This document shows, piece by piece, positions 51,483-60,834 of a stretch of DNA of 64,000 nucleotides; position 1 is the first letter of the stretch; the number at the start of each line of letters is the position of its first letter. A program made the translations under genes and the position numbers. The notes below the pieces were generated by a model. The model did not search any database. It saw only the letters and a list, made by a program, of their open reading frames with translations, and was not told where the DNA came from. The DNA lies in IMG/VR virus record IMGVR_UViG_3300017722_002988, positions 67,760 to 131,759 of that record, one strand, 5' to 3'. The stretch comes from a virus (lineage: Duplodnaviria > Heunggongvirae > Uroviricota > Caudoviricetes).

Positions 51483-51950
51483 ATGAAAATCGACTTGTTT
51501 TCTCTAATAGTGCCCACCATTGCAATTGTGGCAGTGGGCACTTCTACGATTATGACGCATAAGGATCGTTATCCCGATCCAGTCGGCGCTGTGGCAGTTG
51601 AACAGTATCCTGGGTCGACCATCGACTATTCGCCGGACCGTGAGCACGGCGCTTCTGGGCCCGACGACTACAGTCTGATGTGGTCGTGCAGCCGTACCAA
51701 TTCCAACGGCTCAGGGACTGTTCCTTGCATTATCGTCCGCGAGGTGAATAACATTGTCTTCAACTTTACGGATGATGCTGACATCACCTTCTGGCACGGT
51801 CCAGTGGAAGGCAACTCCGCGGAAGTTTCCGGAGTTCAAGCCGAGGGTTCTTACAGAGAGCAGGCCTTTGGGTTCTGCGAGTTCATTGGTGACGGCGCCC
51901 GCTGCCGCGCATCCAACGGCCCCGAGATGGTTGAGTACGAAGCCCAATGA
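51483..51950 (+). CDS. membrane-anchored hypothetical protein
   Basis: N-terminal TM helix LFSLIVPTIAIVAVG. Confidence 0.5.
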   Translation: MKIDLFSLIVPTIAIVAVGTSTIMTHKDRYPDPVGAVAVEQYPGSTIDYSPDREHGASGPDDYSLMWSCSRTNSNGSGTVPCIIVREVNNIVFNFTDDADITFWHGPVEGNSAEVSGVQAEGSYREQAFGFCEFIGDGARCRASNGPEMVEYEAQ

Positions 51951-52156
51951 TGGTTGATAAGAACGGCCGGTGGGTTATCAACGGCCGTGGTAGGTGTGTT
52001 GGGTTTCAAAGTCACATACCCAAGGACCTGGGAGGGTTCATCAACTATTACATCTTCAATCTAAAATATAAGACCATCTGGGAACGAGGTGGGGAACGAA
52101 CCACTCGCCTCGCCACCCGTGATGACATTATTAGAGACGTTCACGAGTACCCATGA
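51947..52156 (+). CDS. hypothetical protein
   Basis: Coupled ORF. Confidence 0.4.
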   Translation: MMVDKNGRWVINGRGRCVGFQSHIPKDLGGFINYYIFNLKYKTIWERGGERTTRLATRDDIIRDVHEYP

Positions 52157-52623
52157 AAACCATCGAATGCACTTATAGATCTGACGCTTCCGGCAGGAAG
52201 CTGTCGAACCTGTATCCATATCAATTCGATCTGGACGGGTTTCGTTGTGCCTCAATGGAGGGATTTCTGCAGTCTCTTAAATGCAACACTGTCGAAGGAT
52301 CTGCTTCGCTTAGAGCCATGTCTGGTGTTGAGGCTTGGAAAGAAGGTCAGGCGTTTACTCGCAAGTGGCAAGAGTCGCAGACGCTTTATTGGCAGGGCAA
52401 GCCGTACAACCGCCAATCAGCTGGTTACTTCAATCTAATCAAGAGAGCCTACGATGCGCTGGCTTGGAATCAACAGTTCGCCAACGCTCTGATGCTTACA
52501 ACTGATAACGAGCTTGCGCATTCTATTGGAAACAACGACAGTACTTTGACTGTACTAACACAAGCTGAGTTTCTCTTTAATCTTTACAGGATCCGGTCGA
52601 TCCTGCTCAGTATCAACGCCTAA
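52153..52623 (+). CDS. NADAR (YbiA-like) domain protein
   Basis: LSNLYPYQFDLDGFRCASMEGFLQSLKC resembles the NADAR signature (SNFYP...F...DG...S.EH..QA.KF). Confidence 0.5.
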   Translation: MKTIECTYRSDASGRKLSNLYPYQFDLDGFRCASMEGFLQSLKCNTVEGSASLRAMSGVEAWKEGQAFTRKWQESQTLYWQGKPYNRQSAGYFNLIKRAYDALAWNQQFANALMLTTDNELAHSIGNNDSTLTVLTQAEFLFNLYRIRSILLSINA

Positions 52624-52646
52624 TCATTACGAATCGCTAAAGGTTT

Positions 52647-52669
52647 AGGGCCATAACTGGGCCCTTTTC
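52647..52669 (+). terminator. rho-independent terminator (GGGCC-ATAACT-GGGCCC-TTTT)
   Basis: GC stem plus T-run after the NADAR gene. Confidence 0.7.
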
Positions 52670-52671
52670 CT

Positions 52672-52712
52672 ATGTACACTATTGATTCGCCAGTGTAATA
52701 TGGGAGAATAGG
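52672..52712 (+). promoter_or_regulatory. phage promoter motif upstream of the DNA polymerase gene
   Basis: TATGTACACTATTG, then GTGTAATATGGGAGAATAGGAATG. Confidence 0.5.
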
Positions 52713-52724
52713 AATGGAGACCTA

Positions 52725-55280
52725 ATGACAGAACCCTATTTTTACACAGCAGTAGATCAGGCCAAGAATGGTGACCTTCTCGTTAGAGGTTATCAGAATG
52801 GCAAGCGCTTCATGCGCAAAGTTCAATACCGGCCACATCTCTTCGTTCCCACCAAAGGCGAGTCTAAGTACCGCACTCTTGATGGGAAGCCAGTCAAGCG
52901 GATGGACTTTGAGTCCATCAAGGAAGCCAAGACTTTCATCTATGACTATAAGGAAGTTCAGAACTTCGAGATATTCGGCCAAGACAAGTTTGCCTACTCG
53001 TACATCAATGATGAGTTTTACGGCGAGATCAACTTTGACCCTCAGCTAATCTCCGTGGTCGGTCTCGACATTGAGACCAAGACCGTGTCCGATGATGGCA
53101 AGAAGGGTTTCCCAGACATCGCCAAGGCTTCTCACCCGATCACGGCTATCACCATGAAGAAGTTCGGTGGCCCGACCTATATGTTCGGTCTGAAGGATTA
53201 TCGGCCGAAGGATAAGACTGTCACGTATTTCAAATGTGTGGACGAAGCATCCCTGCTGGCTGCCTTCATTGAACTGTGGGATGGTGAGGAGATGACTCCT
53301 GACATTCTCACCGGCTGGAACATCGAGTTCTTCGACATTCCCTATCTGGTCAACCGGATCACTAAGATCTTGGGTCCGACCATGGCCAAAATGCTGAGCC
53401 CGTGGCGTATCCTTGAAGAATATGAGGTTCTGGCTCGTGGCCGTACGCAAATGGCATTCCGCCCTGTCGGTGTGTCTTGTATGGACTACCTTCCCCTCTA
53501 CAAGAAGTTCAGCTTTAAGAACCAGGAGTCCTTTACCCTCGAGTACATCTCACAGGTGGAACTCAAGGAAGGCAAGACTGATACGTCAAACTATAAAGGT
53601 CTGGATGACCTGTACGAAAGAAACCCGACTCTCTACTATGACTACAACCTTCGAGATGTCCTTCTCATCGAACGACTGGAAGCCAAGCTCGGATTCATTG
53701 CGATGGTCGAGGCCTTCGCCTATGATGCCAAGGTGAACTACAACGACACTTTGGCAACCGTGAAGCCGTGGGACGTCATCATCTCGAACTTCCTTCTCGG
53801 CCGTAACATCGTGGTCCCGCAGTTCCGTCCGAAGCACCAAGAGAAGACGATCGTCGGCGGCTATGTCAAAGAACCCGTGCTTGGTATGTCCAAATGGGTC
53901 GTGTCTTTCGACTTGAATTCCCTGTATCCGTCTCTCATCATGGCTTACAACATCGGCCCTGACACCTTCATCGAGCAACTCGAAGAGGAAGATGATCTAG
54001 AGATGACCAATGCTAAGGTCGTCGAGATCATGAACGGTAAGCTGAACCAAAAGTATCAAGACGCACTTAGAGAAGACAACGTCTGCATCACAGCCAACAT
54101 GGCTCTGTATTCCAAGAAGAAGATCGGCTTTATGGCCGAACTCATGCAGCAGAAGTACGATCAGCGTAAGATCTATCAGGCTAAGCTCAAGGAAGCCAAG
54201 AAGGAATATGCCAAGACGAAGGATCCGGCTCAGGCTATTCTCATCAGTCGGTATCATGCGCTTCAGTTGTCCAAGAAGATCCAGATCAACGCCTTCTATG
54301 GTTCGATCGCCAACAAATATTGCCGTTGGTTCTCCCTGATCAACGCTGAGGCCATTACCACGACCGGCCAGCTGACCATCCAGTGGGTTCAGAAGGACAT
54401 CAACAAGTACCTGAACAAGGTGCTCGAGACTGAGGGTCTCGACTTCGTCATTGCTTCTGATACTGACTCCGCTTACATCACACTTGACAAGTTCGTTGAG
54501 AAGTTCTGTCAGAGTATGGATGACGGAGCTATCACTGACATGTTGGATAAGGTCTGCAAGACCAAGCTCCAAGACGTGATCAACAAGTCGTTCGAGCAAC
54601 AAGGCATCTATACTAACGCCTTTGACGCCACCAAGCTAGTCATGAAGCGTGAGTCCATTGCCTCCAAAGGTATCTGGGTTGCCAAGAAGCGCTACATCCT
54701 TTACGTCTGGGATAATGAGGGCATCCGTTATGAAGAGCCTGAGATCAAGATCACTGGTCTCGAGGTTGTGAAGTCCTCAACCCCGGGCGTATGCAAGAAG
54801 GCTATGAAGGAATGCTTTAAGCTGATCTTGACCAGGCCAGAGGATGAGCTCCACAGTTACATCGATGACTTCTATTCTCGGTTCATGGAACTACCATTCG
54901 AAGAAGTTGCTTCGCCACGTGGTATCTCTGACATGGACAAGTGGGTAGATCCTGCCACTATCTTCAAGAGTGGAACGCCGATGCATGTGAAGGGTGCCAT
55001 CATGTGGAACCATGCAATCTCTAAGAAAGGTCTTGATGATCGGCTGCCGACTCTTTATAACGGCGACAAGATCAAATATTCCTATCTGAAGAAACCCAAT
55101 CCCCTTAACGTAAACGTAATTTCTACCCCTGGTAATCTGCCATCAGAGCTGGGTCTGGACTCATACATAGATCGGGATATACAATTCCAAAAGACATTCA
55201 TCGATCCAATGAAATTGGTCACAGATGTCATCGGATGGACGCCCCAAAAAACGTATACACTCGATTCATTTTTTAGCTAG
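52725..55280 (+). CDS. 43: DNA polymerase gp43 (family B)
   Basis: Exonuclease motif DIETK; SLYPSLI; motif B KIQINAFYGS; motif C IASDTDSAYI; 851 aa. Confidence 0.95.
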   Translation: MTEPYFYTAVDQAKNGDLLVRGYQNGKRFMRKVQYRPHLFVPTKGESKYRTLDGKPVKRMDFESIKEAKTFIYDYKEVQNFEIFGQDKFAYSYINDEFYGEINFDPQLISVVGLDIETKTVSDDGKKGFPDIAKASHPITAITMKKFGGPTYMFGLKDYRPKDKTVTYFKCVDEASLLAAFIELWDGEEMTPDILTGWNIEFFDIPYLVNRITKILGPTMAKMLSPWRILEEYEVLARGRTQMAFRPVGVSCMDYLPLYKKFSFKNQESFTLEYISQVELKEGKTDTSNYKGLDDLYERNPTLYYDYNLRDVLLIERLEAKLGFIAMVEAFAYDAKVNYNDTLATVKPWDVIISNFLLGRNIVVPQFRPKHQEKTIVGGYVKEPVLGMSKWVVSFDLNSLYPSLIMAYNIGPDTFIEQLEEEDDLEMTNAKVVEIMNGKLNQKYQDALREDNVCITANMALYSKKKIGFMAELMQQKYDQRKIYQAKLKEAKKEYAKTKDPAQAILISRYHALQLSKKIQINAFYGSIANKYCRWFSLINAEAITTTGQLTIQWVQKDINKYLNKVLETEGLDFVIASDTDSAYITLDKFVEKFCQSMDDGAITDMLDKVCKTKLQDVINKSFEQQGIYTNAFDATKLVMKRESIASKGIWVAKKRYILYVWDNEGIRYEEPEIKITGLEVVKSSTPGVCKKAMKECFKLILTRPEDELHSYIDDFYSRFMELPFEEVASPRGISDMDKWVDPATIFKSGTPMHVKGAIMWNHAISKKGLDDRLPTLYNGDKIKYSYLKKPNPLNVNVISTPGNLPSELGLDSYIDRDIQFQKTFIDPMKLVTDVIGWTPQKTYTLDSFFS

Positions 55281-55292
55281 GAACATACAATC

Positions 55293-56399
55293 ATGACTGA
55301 CTTCTTCCGTGGACTCGCTGAGTCCGTGAAGGACGCCGACACGTCCATCGTTGCCGACGGCCTTGGTGCCGCTGAGTTTGAGGGCTATGTCGACACCGGC
55401 TGCTACATGCTCAACGCAGTCCTTTCAGGCTCACTTTATGGTGGTCTGGCCTCCAACAAAATCACAGGACTTGCCGGTGAAAACTCCACCGGCAAAACGT
55501 TCATCGCCCTCGGTATGGTGAAGAACTTCCTCGAAGCCGATCCCCAAGCCGGGGTCATCTACTACGATACCGAAGCCGCTATCACTCGCGAGATGATGGA
55601 AGAGCGTGGCATCGATACTCGCCGGGTCATCCTGGCTGAACCTGATACAGTTCAAAAGTTCCGTCACCACGCAATCAAGCTGGTTGACAAGTATATTGAA
55701 ACCCCGAAAGCCAAGCGTCCTAAGATGCTGATGGTCCTTGACTCTCTCGGCATGCTCTCTACGACTAAGGAAGTTGAGGACTCCGCCGAGGGCAAAGAGA
55801 CCAAAGACATGACGCGGCCTGCCATCATCAAGGCTGCTTTCCGTATTCTCACCCTCAAACTAGCCCGTGCTGGCATCCCAATGGTTGTAACGAACCACGT
55901 GTATGCGGCAATGGGTTCCATGTATCCCACCAATGAAGTTGCCGGTGGTTCCGGTCTGAAATACTCGGCATCCTCTATCGCAGTTCTTGGCAAGGCCAAA
56001 GACAAAGACGGTACTGAGGTTGTCGGTAACTTCATCAGGGTCAAGATGCTGAAGAGCCGTCTCTCGAAGGAAAACTCCGAGGTTCGTCTGCGTCTCAGCT
56101 ACAAGACCGGTCTCGACCGTTTCTATGGTCTGCTGGACTTGGCAGAAGAGTTCAAGATCTTCAAGAAGGTTTCAACCCGCTTTGAACTGCCGGATGGCCG
56201 CAAGGTATTTGGCAAGGAGATCAACGACAACCCTGAAAAGTACTACACCCCAGAGATCATGGCGAGGCTGGAAGAAGCAGCACGTCGCAAGTTCTCGTAC
56301 GGCGATACTGACGATGGTGAGGCGGATCCTCACTTTAACCTTGATGATGGAGATGATGATGTTCGAGACGTTCAACCGGACGGAGGAGTCGTGGGGTAA
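55293..56399 (+). CDS. uvsX: UvsX recombinase (RecA-like)
   Basis: Walker A GLAGENSTGKTF; RecA fold; acidic C-terminal tail. Confidence 0.9.
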   Translation: MTDFFRGLAESVKDADTSIVADGLGAAEFEGYVDTGCYMLNAVLSGSLYGGLASNKITGLAGENSTGKTFIALGMVKNFLEADPQAGVIYYDTEAAITREMMEERGIDTRRVILAEPDTVQKFRHHAIKLVDKYIETPKAKRPKMLMVLDSLGMLSTTKEVEDSAEGKETKDMTRPAIIKAAFRILTLKLARAGIPMVVTNHVYAAMGSMYPTNEVAGGSGLKYSASSIAVLGKAKDKDGTEVVGNFIRVKMLKSRLSKENSEVRLRLSYKTGLDRFYGLLDLAEEFKIFKKVSTRFELPDGRKVFGKEINDNPEKYYTPEIMARLEEAARRKFSYGDTDDGEADPHFNLDDGDDDVRDVQPDGGVVG

Positions 56400-56706
56400 G
56401 GTTGCCCATGTTAAGCCCGAGGATCTAGGTCGTATCCTAGCCTCGGGCGACAGCCTGAAGAAACTAGCAATCGGGAAAGGTCACAAACCTTTCAAAGTCA
56501 CGCTGACCGAGACTCTTGAGATTAAAAGAAAGAGTGAACCAGCAATTGTCTACGCTACATCACAGGACAGAGTGACTGCTGCTGCACAGGACGTCACTTT
56601 CGACATGATTCCAAGCCAAGTGTATGAGGATGTTCAGGCGCTCCTTAAGCAATACGGTTTGGAAGTTCGTCCTAGGACTGTCTATTCCATTCAAAGGACC
56701 ACATGA
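56353..56706 (+). CDS. hypothetical protein at the position of T4 gene 40
   Basis: ORF overlapping the uvsX stop; its real start lies among the clustered ATGs after GGAG and is uncertain. Confidence 0.4.
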   Translation: MMMFETFNRTEESWGKVAHVKPEDLGRILASGDSLKKLAIGKGHKPFKVTLTETLEIKRKSEPAIVYATSQDRVTAAAQDVTFDMIPSQVYEDVQALLKQYGLEVRPRTVYSIQRTT

Positions 56707-58100
56707 AACTAGAACACGTCATATTCAGCAACCTGGTTTCAAACGAGGATTACCTGCGTAAGGTGTTTCCGTTCATCCAGAGGGATTACTTTTCAGACAC
56801 ATCTGACAAAGTAATCTTCGAGCTGATCCACGATTACATTACAAAATACAATAGGGCTCCGTCAAAGGAAGCTCTTAAAGTCGACCTGCAACTCAAAGAC
56901 AGCATCTCAGGAGATGTTTACTCGAACGTTGAAAAGACGATCGATGAACTGGCTCCTGATGCTATGACTAACATGAACTGGTTGGTGGATAACACCGAGA
57001 AGTTCTGTCAAGACAAGGCACTCTACAATGCTGTCCTAGAGTCTATCAAGATCATGGATGACAATCAGACACAGATTCCTAGGTCTGCTATTCCTAAGAT
57101 CCTGCAAGACGCACTGGGTATTTCGTTCGACTCTCAGATCGGCCACGACTTCATTGAGGATGCCGACGAACGCTTCGAGTTCTATCATCGTCATGACTCT
57201 AGATTGCCGTTCGACATTGAACTGCTGAACAAGATCACAGGCGGTGGTCTGCCTCCGAAGTCTCTGTCAGTCCTTCTGGCCGGCACGGGAGTCGGTAAGT
57301 CTCTAGCCATGTGTCATATGGCCTCTGCCAACCTGATGCTCGGCAAAAACGTCCTCTACATCACGATGGAGATGTCTGAGGAGAAGATTGCCGAACGTAT
57401 CGATGCCAACCTGATGAACACTCCTATTCAGGAGATGCTCCTCATGGACAAAGAGACGTTCGACCGTAAGATCGCACGCATCAAGTCCAAAACCGTCGGC
57501 AAGCTTGTTGTCAAGGAGTATCCTACGGCTTCGGCAGGGTCTGCAAACTTCAGACACCTGCTGAATGAACTGAAGATGAAGCGGAACTTTGTTCCTGACG
57601 TCATCTACATCGACTACCTGAACATCTGCACCAGCTCGCGTATTAAAGCCGGTGCCAATGTCAACTCCTACACGATGATCAAGGCGATCGCTGAAGAGCT
57701 TCGTGGTTTGGCTGTTGAGTTCAACGTTCCGATCATCACTGCCACCCAGATCAATCGTACTGGCTTTGCCAGTTCAGATCCTGAACTGACCGATACCTCT
57801 GAGTCATTTGGTCTGCCGGCCACGGCCGACTTCATGATTGCTATGTCTCAATCCGAGCAACTCGCTGAACTTGGTCAGATCATGTTCAAGCAGCTGAAGA
57901 ACCGCTACAACGACATCAACTATTATAAGAGGTTCGTGGTTGGTGTTGACAAATCTAAGATGAGACTGTTTGATATTGACCAAGATGAAGCCAACACGGA
58001 AGATAAACCGCTGATGGATAAGACTGAGTTCGGTCAACAAGACTTTGATCGGAAGAAACCTAAGAGTAAGTTCGCTAACAAGTTTGGAGATTTCAAATAA
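56703..58100 (+). CDS. 41: replicative DNA helicase gp41 (DnaB-like)
   Basis: Walker A AGTGVGKS; DnaB-family RecA-like core; 465 aa. Confidence 0.9.
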   Translation: MKLEHVIFSNLVSNEDYLRKVFPFIQRDYFSDTSDKVIFELIHDYITKYNRAPSKEALKVDLQLKDSISGDVYSNVEKTIDELAPDAMTNMNWLVDNTEKFCQDKALYNAVLESIKIMDDNQTQIPRSAIPKILQDALGISFDSQIGHDFIEDADERFEFYHRHDSRLPFDIELLNKITGGGLPPKSLSVLLAGTGVGKSLAMCHMASANLMLGKNVLYITMEMSEEKIAERIDANLMNTPIQEMLLMDKETFDRKIARIKSKTVGKLVVKEYPTASAGSANFRHLLNELKMKRNFVPDVIYIDYLNICTSSRIKAGANVNSYTMIKAIAEELRGLAVEFNVPIITATQINRTGFASSDPELTDTSESFGLPATADFMIAMSQSEQLAELGQIMFKQLKNRYNDINYYKRFVVGVDKSKMRLFDIDQDEANTEDKPLMDKTEFGQQDFDRKKPKSKFANKFGDFK

Positions 58101-58306
58101 TGGCTCGTAACCCTATCAACTATTCTGTGACTCATGAGAATGATGGAGTCTTTGATGTCTTCGAGAACAACACCAAGCAAGTCATCAGTTCACATAACCA
58201 TCATGATACAGCGCATGCGATGAAAAAGTTCCTTAATCTCGGAGGCGCTTTTGATGGAAACACCCCTGAGTTCTTCTTGCATACTGGCCCAGTGTTGGTT
58301 AAATAA
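58100..58306 (+). CDS. hypothetical protein
   Basis: Coupled ORF. Confidence 0.45.
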   Translation: MARNPINYSVTHENDGVFDVFENNTKQVISSHNHHDTAHAMKKFLNLGGAFDGNTPEFFLHTGPVLVK

Positions 58307-58455
58307 CGAAACTTTAATCTGAAAAATCCGTGCTCCAATGCATAAATAAGTGCACACATGATACGTGTCCAGCCTTCGGGCTAGAGGCAAGAGTTTTGAA
58401 CTAAGGAAGTGGCGAGACAAATGGTGGAGGTTCCACTCGCTCACGTATCGAGAAA

Positions 58456-58480
58456 ATAGCGGCTTCGGCCGCTATTTTCG
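58456..58480 (+). terminator. rho-independent terminator (ATAGCGGC-TTCG-GCCGCTAT-TTTCG)
   Basis: Perfect stem with a TTCG loop and a T-run. Confidence 0.8.
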
Positions 58481-58481
58481 T

Positions 58482-58520
58482 ATGTACTTAATATCGTGGT
58501 ATCGTATTATAGGAATATAA
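58482..58520 (+). promoter_or_regulatory. phage promoter motif
   Basis: TATGTACTTAATATCG, then TATCGTATTATAGGAATATAAC. Confidence 0.55.
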
Positions 58521-58534
58521 CCTGGAGAGAGATT

Positions 58535-58732
58535 ATGTTCCTCGAAATTGGTCGGACCACGCATCTGGTTCACACTGTGAAAGAAGCTGTCGAAATCTTC
58601 GAAGCTGAACGTGACGCCTCTTACGAAGGCGCTTCGACTTGGCCTGATGGCATTCTTTGCCAAGGCAAGACGCCTTTCGCCCGCATCAGCTACAACGGCC
58701 GGGTTTGGAATCTGGATGGGAGCGAATTTTGA
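58535..58732 (+). CDS. hypothetical protein
   Basis: ATG after the promoter with a GGAGAGAG RBS (MFLEIGRTTH). Confidence 0.45.
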   Translation: MFLEIGRTTHLVHTVKEAVEIFEAERDASYEGASTWPDGILCQGKTPFARISYNGRVWNLDGSEF

Positions 58733-58947
58733 ATGAATTAACCTTTCTACTTTCAGTGTATGGCGCGGTGATTTACGCCTTAGTCGGATTGGGAACGTTC
58801 GCCAGTGTGACATCAAGCTGGACGAACCCGTGGCCTGGCGATAAAGCTTTTGCACTCGCTGCTCTTTGGCCAGTATGGTTAGTTCTCTTCCTCAGTAAGA
58901 GTCTGATCATGGGAACTAAAAAGCTGGCTAAGGAGCTTGTCAGTTGA
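58657..58947 (+). CDS. small two-TM membrane protein (start uncertain; probably an internal TTG near 58723)
   Basis: Hydrophobic LTFLLSVYGAVIYALVGLGTFA and ALAALWPVWLVLFL. Confidence 0.35.
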   Translation: MPRQDAFRPHQLQRPGLESGWERILNELTFLLSVYGAVIYALVGLGTFASVTSSWTNPWPGDKAFALAALWPVWLVLFLSKSLIMGTKKLAKELVS

Positions 58948-59198
58948 TCTACGCTCCATTTGTATTTCTCGGCATTCTGTGTTATGTCGTTGTGGCTGGG
59001 TTCGTTTGGACTGTAGAGCGGGATTCTGCATACAGCCCGGACCTTGCTGAACGTCAGGCCATATTGGGTAGAGCCATTTGGTGGCTCCCCTGCCTGATCT
59101 ATTGGGGGGTCACGAGCATTTTCAAACTCGTGATCTTTGTGATTCGTAGCTTCTACAATGCTACGTATCAGATGCTTCTCTCGGAGTTCGGAAAATGA
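58944..59198 (+). CDS. small membrane protein
   Basis: Two hydrophobic helices. Confidence 0.45.
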   Translation: MIYAPFVFLGILCYVVVAGFVWTVERDSAYSPDLAERQAILGRAIWWLPCLIYWGVTSIFKLVIFVIRSFYNATYQMLLSEFGK

Positions 59199-59452
59199 AA
59201 TGGACTCCAATCGAGACGCCGCTTGAAGACGGCCGAGACCCAAAAAACGCCGGGGTCCTTCTCCTGAGGGGGACCCTCGATCATTCTACCCTTACCGGGC
59301 CGGGGGAAGAAATGTTCCCTCGCCAAACTGTCAGAACCGTAGGATACTGGGATTCTCTAGATGAGGCCTGGGCCCTGACTACCACTCCGTGGTACGGACC
59401 TTTCTTTAACCCAACCCACTATGCTGTCTTTCCAGATAGCCTTGATTTGTAG
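59195..59452 (+). CDS. hypothetical protein
   Basis: Coupled ORF. Confidence 0.45.
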   Translation: MKWTPIETPLEDGRDPKNAGVLLLRGTLDHSTLTGPGEEMFPRQTVRTVGYWDSLDEAWALTTTPWYGPFFNPTHYAVFPDSLDL

Positions 59453-59460
59453 GAGCACAC

Positions 59461-59670
59461 ATGAGCCAACTCATTCTTAACGACGGCCAGAACACCCAAG
59501 TCGTCACCACTGACCTGTTTCTGGACGCTTTCCGCCAGGCAAACATGTCTGACCCGTCCGGCATTGCCGAGACTCTGGTCAACATCTTCCGTAAGCACGC
59601 TAGCCCTGAAGAGGTCCAGCAACTGGAAGAGATTGCTGCCCAGTCCACTGCGCAATATCTCGAAGGCTAA
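59461..59670 (+). CDS. hypothetical protein
   Basis: ORF. Confidence 0.45.
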   Translation: MSQLILNDGQNTQVVTTDLFLDAFRQANMSDPSGIAETLVNIFRKHASPEEVQQLEEIAAQSTAQYLEG

Positions 59671-59694
59671 TAGACCTTCCAAAACACACTCGTG

Positions 59695-59730
59695 AAGCCC
59701 GCTGGATCGTTCTGGCGGGCTTTGCTTTTT
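59695..59730 (+). terminator. rho-independent terminator (AAGCCCGC, loop, GCGGGCTT-TGCTTTTT)
   Basis: 8-bp stem plus T-run. Confidence 0.75.
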
Positions 59731-59769
59731 ATGGACGATAAATACCACATGAACTGAGGCAAGGAATCT

Positions 59770-60834
59770 ATGGACTACAAAGTTGTAGGCGCAGCATTGA
59801 CAGAAGCAGTTAAGGCCTACAACTTTCAAGTGGGCCCGAAAGCGATTGGCGGTAAGCCTGGCAAGAACATTAAAAACATGAGGGAGTACCGTCTCCAGCT
59901 CATTAACAAACATGACGACACCTCAGACAAACTGAAGGCGGACCTCAAGGGTATTCTGGAGAAGACATTTGGCGGGGCCATCAGTCACCTCAAATTCAAC
60001 CCGGTGTCTCCTAACAGCTCCAAATACTCTAGCTATTCGTTTGAGCTAACTAACCAAATGTATGATGTGGTTATTGCACGGGGAGCCAACAAAGGTGAAA
60101 ACTTTGAAGTTGTTACTACCAATAACCTAGCCGCTGCATTTCATACAAGGGGTGGAACAACGGAGTTCCACAAATTGATTGAGCAACTCAATAATGCTCA
60201 CGATGGATTCGAGCAGGTAGAGATCTCTAAGGTTGAACAGCGCAAGGGAAGCACCCGCAAAACTGGGGTCCCTCTAGAGCGCCTAGGTGAAGTCATCGGC
60301 GATATTATTCTCACTGATGAGAATAACCACAAGTGGTTCGTTAGCCTGAAAGACGTCAACGGTATTACCTTCTCCGCTTTCCCCGGCGGCGGCACTCTAT
60401 TTGATAAGCAGGGCAATCTTCAGCCTAGATCAGACGGCGCCAAGTTTCTACAGGCCTTCGGCGTAGATCTGGCCAAGGTCCAAGATGGATTTGACGAACG
60501 CCGTGGTAGCATCGAGAATGCTAATAACCGTGAAAACATTCCTACAGGTGGAAGGCCTGATCTAGCCAAGATCAAAGCCCTCTTTGAACAGGCCTGGGGC
60601 ATGAACTATTTCTACGTACGAAAGAAGTCATTTGGATGGGAAGTGTTTTGGCTAGATAGGGCGATGCTCACAAAGCTTGCATCGAATATCAGGATCGAAG
60701 AGATCCGGTACCCTAGCAAAAAGTCAAAATCGATAATGATTCTGTGTACAAACCAATACAAGAAGTATAAGGTGGAAATGCGAAACTCTGCGGGTAGGGA
60801 ATACCCGAACGATATTAAGTTTAGTGTCCGATGA
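59770..60834 (+). CDS. hypothetical protein (354 aa)
   Basis: Long ORF with an AGGAATC RBS; no recognised motif. Confidence 0.55.
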   Translation: MDYKVVGAALTEAVKAYNFQVGPKAIGGKPGKNIKNMREYRLQLINKHDDTSDKLKADLKGILEKTFGGAISHLKFNPVSPNSSKYSSYSFELTNQMYDVVIARGANKGENFEVVTTNNLAAAFHTRGGTTEFHKLIEQLNNAHDGFEQVEISKVEQRKGSTRKTGVPLERLGEVIGDIILTDENNHKWFVSLKDVNGITFSAFPGGGTLFDKQGNLQPRSDGAKFLQAFGVDLAKVQDGFDERRGSIENANNRENIPTGGRPDLAKIKALFEQAWGMNYFYVRKKSFGWEVFWLDRAMLTKLASNIRIEEIRYPSKKSKSIMILCTNQYKKYKVEMRNSAGREYPNDIKFSVR

